DNA of 63,199 nucleotides, filler included. It is 4 parts of 4 records of this genome, joined end to end, with 100 filler letters (N's around TTAATTAATTAA, not from the genome) between each part and the next. Parts side by side here need not be neighbours in the genome. Positions count along the whole stretch, not along the records: positions 53,617 to 63,199 come from DRR723986_12603; 3 more parts are not named here. The stretch is one strand, 5' to 3'. Position numbers and translations under genes: made by a program. The stretch's first letter is position 1. The number at the start of each line of letters is the position of its first letter. This document shows positions 60,499 through 63,199 of this stretch, in pieces. The notes under the pieces were generated by a model that was not told the origin of the DNA, did not search any database, and was given only the letters and a program-made list of their open reading frames with translations.

Positions 60499-62307
60499 CT
60501 ATTCGGCAGCAAACCCTTCGGTGAACTGGAGGCGGGCAAGACGCGCATAGAGACCGTCACCCGCCACCAATTCTTCGTGGGTGCCTTCGGCAACGATCCG
60601 GCCCTCTTCGAAGACGACGATGCGATCGGCCTTCTTGACCGTGGCAAGACGGTGCGCGACGATCAGGGTGGTGCGGTCGGCAGACAGGTCTGCCACGGCG
60701 TTCTGCACCGCAAGTTCGCTTTCCGCATCGAGCGCACTGGTCGCCTCGTCCAGCAGCAGCACCGGGGCGTCGCGCAGGATGGCGCGGGCGATGGCGATGC
60801 GTTGTTTCTGTCCGCCCGACAGCATGATGCCCCGTTCACCGACATAGGTGTCATACCCCTCTGGCAGCGCGGCAAGGAAGTCGTGCGCGGCTGCGGCTCT
60901 GGCTGCGGCTTCGACCTCTGCATCCGTGGCTTCGGGGCGGCCAAAGCGGATGTTCTCGCGCGCCGAAGCGGCAAAGATCACCGGATCCTGCGGCACCAGC
61001 GCCATCGCATGACGGAAGGTGGCGCGGTCCATCTCGCGCAGGTCGAGCCCGTCGAAGGTCACCCGCCCGGAAATCGGGTCGTAAAAACGCAAAAGCAACT
61101 GGAAGATCGTCGATTTCCCGGCCCCCGACGGGCCGACCAGAGCCACGGTTTCCCCCGGCTGAATGGTCAGCGAGATCCCATCAAGCGCCTGCTGATCGGG
61201 CCGTGTGGGGTAATGAAACTGCACGCTCTCGAACGCGATCGCACCCCTGCCCGCCTGCGGCAAAGCGCGTCCGGTGTCGGGATCGGCAACCGTATCGCGC
61301 CCGGTCAATAGCTCGACCAGACGTTCGGTGGCCCCTGCCGCGCGCTGCAACTCGCCCCAGATTTCGGACAGCGCGCCAACGGCGCCCGCCGTCATGATCG
61401 CGTAGATCAGGAACTGGATCAGCTCACCGATCGACATGCCACCACCGCGCACATCGCGCGCACCGACCCAAAGCACGCCGACAACGCCCGAGAAGATCAG
61501 CAGGATGACAATCACCGTCATCACCGCGCGGGTCAGGATGCGGGTCTTAGCGGCGTCGAAACTGGCCTCGGTCACCCGGTCGAACTCGCCCGCCGTGGCG
61601 CGTTCATTGGTGAAGGCCTGCACGGTCTGGACGGAGAGCAGCGCCTCGGACGCCTTGCCGGAGCTTTCGGCGATCCAGTCCTGGTTCTTGCGGGACAGAA
61701 CCCGCAGCCGACGCCCGAGCACCACGATGGGCACGATCACAACGGGAACGATCAGCAGCACCAGCCCGGTGAGCTTGGGCGAGGAATAGAGCATCATGCC
61801 AAGCCCGCCGAGAAAGATCAGCAGATTGCGAAGCGCGATCGAGACCGAGGAGCCGATCACCGAAAGAATGAGCGTGGTGTCGGTGGTGATGCGGCTCAGC
61901 ACCTCGCCGGTCATGATCCGTTCGAAGAACGCCGGGCTCATCGAGATCATGCGGTCGAAGACGGCCTTGCGGATGTCAGCGATCACCCGCTCGCCAAGCC
62001 GGGTGACCATGTAATAGCGCAGCCCGGTCCCAATGGCGAGCAGGCCGGCAAGGCCCAGGGCGGCCAGGAAATACTTGTCGAGAAGCGCAACGGCATCGGT
62101 CTCGAACCCGTCGACCACTCGGCGCACGGCCAGCGGGATGGTCAGCGAGACAGTTGCGGTCAGGACCAGCGCAGTAAGCGCAGCCGCCATAAGCAGGCGA
62201 TAGGGAAGCATGAAGGGAAACAGCGCCCGGAGAGAGCCGATGCGGCGGGATGTTTCTCGCTCCTGCTCGGAGCTCATGGGTTTTGGCTGGCTCTGGCTGT
62301 CGGCCAT
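60499..62307 (-). CDS. ABC exporter permease/ATP-binding fusion (MsbA-related)
   Basis: TM domain plus GPSGAGKS, LSGGQKQR and DEATSALD. Confidence 0.93.
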   Translation of the reverse strand: MADSQSQPKPMSSEQERETSRRIGSLRALFPFMLPYRLLMAAALTALVLTATVSLTIPLAVRRVVDGFETDAVALLDKYFLAALGLAGLLAIGTGLRYYMVTRLGERVIADIRKAVFDRMISMSPAFFERIMTGEVLSRITTDTTLILSVIGSSVSIALRNLLIFLGGLGMMLYSSPKLTGLVLLIVPVVIVPIVVLGRRLRVLSRKNQDWIAESSGKASEALLSVQTVQAFTNERATAGEFDRVTEASFDAAKTRILTRAVMTVIVILLIFSGVVGVLWVGARDVRGGGMSIGELIQFLIYAIMTAGAVGALSEIWGELQRAAGATERLVELLTGRDTVADPDTGRALPQAGRGAIAFESVQFHYPTRPDQQALDGISLTIQPGETVALVGPSGAGKSTIFQLLLRFYDPISGRVTFDGLDLREMDRATFRHAMALVPQDPVIFAASARENIRFGRPEATDAEVEAAARAAAAHDFLAALPEGYDTYVGERGIMLSGGQKQRIAIARAILRDAPVLLLDEATSALDAESELAVQNAVADLSADRTTLIVAHRLATVKKADRIVVFEEGRIVAEGTHEELVAGDGLYARLARLQFTEGFAAE

Positions 62308-62466
62308 GGTCGGATCCGGTCCTGTTGCGCTTGATCCGGGATAGAACGGGGCTGCGCCCGGCACAAGGCCCCGGAATGGTTCAAATCGGCGCGGGGGGAC
62401 GACAGGCGGTTTCGCCGTGGCTTCGACACGTCGACATCCCCGGAATATTTTTCCAAGCTGAAAGGA

Positions 62467-63199
62467 TCAGGAACGCGACTTGCCGATCAACGCCTGGCCT
62501 GCGCTGGACAGGGTGAAGAGGATGGCAGCCAGGCAAACGATGGACGGACCTGTGGGTGTATCCCATGCCAGCGAGGCCTGAAGGCCGCCGATCACCGACA
62601 GCGCCCCGATGGCGATCGCGGCCAGCGCCATGCGCTCGGGCGTGGTGGCGAAGGGGCGCGCGGTCGCTGCCGGTACGATCAGCATCGCGGCGATCAGCAA
62701 CACCCCGACAACCTTGATCGCGACCGCCACGACCAGCGCCAGCGCCAGTGTCAGGACCAGTTGTTCCCGCCTTGGGTCGATCCCGGCGGCAAAAGCCAGA
62801 TCGGGATTGAGCGTCGCCGTCAGAAGCGCCGACCAGCGCCACCACAAAAGCCCCAGCACCAGCGCCGCGCCGCCCCAGATCACCGCCAGATCCGGCACGC
62901 CCACGGCAAGGATATCGCCAAAGAGATAGGCCATCAGATCAACCCGCACCCCATGCAGGAACGACACCGCCACAAGGCCAAAGGCCAGCGCAGAATGGGC
63001 CAGCACACCCAATAGCGTGTCCATCGCATAGCCCCGGTTGGACAGGCTGGATACGGTAAAGGCCATCAGCAGCGACACCACCAGCACGCCCCCGAAGACG
63101 GACGTGTCGAAGGCCAGCGCCATGGCTACGCCCAGAATCGCCGCATGCGCCGTGGCATCGCCGAAATACGCCATGCGCCGCCAGACGACGAAGCAGCCA
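62467..63199 (-). CDS. znuB: Zinc ABC transporter permease (5' truncated)
   Basis: VWRRMAYFGD..AH, YLFGDIL and DTPTGP. Confidence 0.9.
   Translation of the reverse strand, partial: GCFVVWRRMAYFGDATAHAAILGVAMALAFDTSVFGGVLVVSLLMAFTVSSLSNRGYAMDTLLGVLAHSALAFGLVAVSFLHGVRVDLMAYLFGDILAVGVPDLAVIWGGAALVLGLLWWRWSALLTATLNPDLAFAAGIDPRREQLVLTLALALVVAVAIKVVGVLLIAAMLIVPAATARPFATTPERMALAAIAIGALSVIGGLQASLAWDTPTGPSIVCLAAILFTLSSAGQALIGKSRS

Noticed and set aside
55697-60550. Long plus-strand ORFs (571 and 1021 aa)
   Set aside because: Antisense shadows of flotillin, YqiJ and the acyl-CoA synthetase.

Overview
The window is not one locus. It is four unrelated contigs joined by 100-bp artificial spacers (N-run + TTAATTAATTAA + N-run at 15108-15207, 31705-31804 and 53517-53616), so it looks like a concatenated metagenome or bin set. 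(1) 1-15107, AT-rich, Flavobacteriaceae-like: REP-like repeats at both ends and two paralogous T9SS cargo proteins. It also carries a candidate peptide-modification cluster made of a 55-aa Tat-like peptide, an HPr-kinase-like enzyme with a hidden N-terminal PqqD/RRE-like extension, an NTP_transf_5-like nucleotidyltransferase and a GT-C-like membrane protein, with a divergent HTTM protein. (2) 15208-31704, gammaproteobacterial: spoVR, crotonase, folE, an ADP-ribosylglycohydrolase-like gene with ppk2, a hybrid kinase + diguanylate cyclase + double DsbA/HCCA-isomerase operon, and an SDR/TonB receptor operon. (3) 31805-53516, Rhodobacteraceae-like: a type I secretion ABC gene, a vanadium-dependent haloperoxidase, a divergent ~3400-aa MopA-like double heme-peroxidase RTX protein with a ~540-aa coiled-coil insert, an M20 peptidase and a Dpp-type ABC transporter. 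(4) 53617-63199, Rhodobacteraceae-like housekeeping genes: thioesterase, RidA, EEP nuclease, flotillin/YqiJ, acyl-CoA synthetase, ABC exporter and znuB. The best candidates for undescribed systems are the flavobacterial peptide/kinase/nucleotidyltransferase cluster and the T1SS-linked vanadium + heme peroxidase locus. Taxonomy and domain calls come from motif recognition and base composition only; no searches were run.
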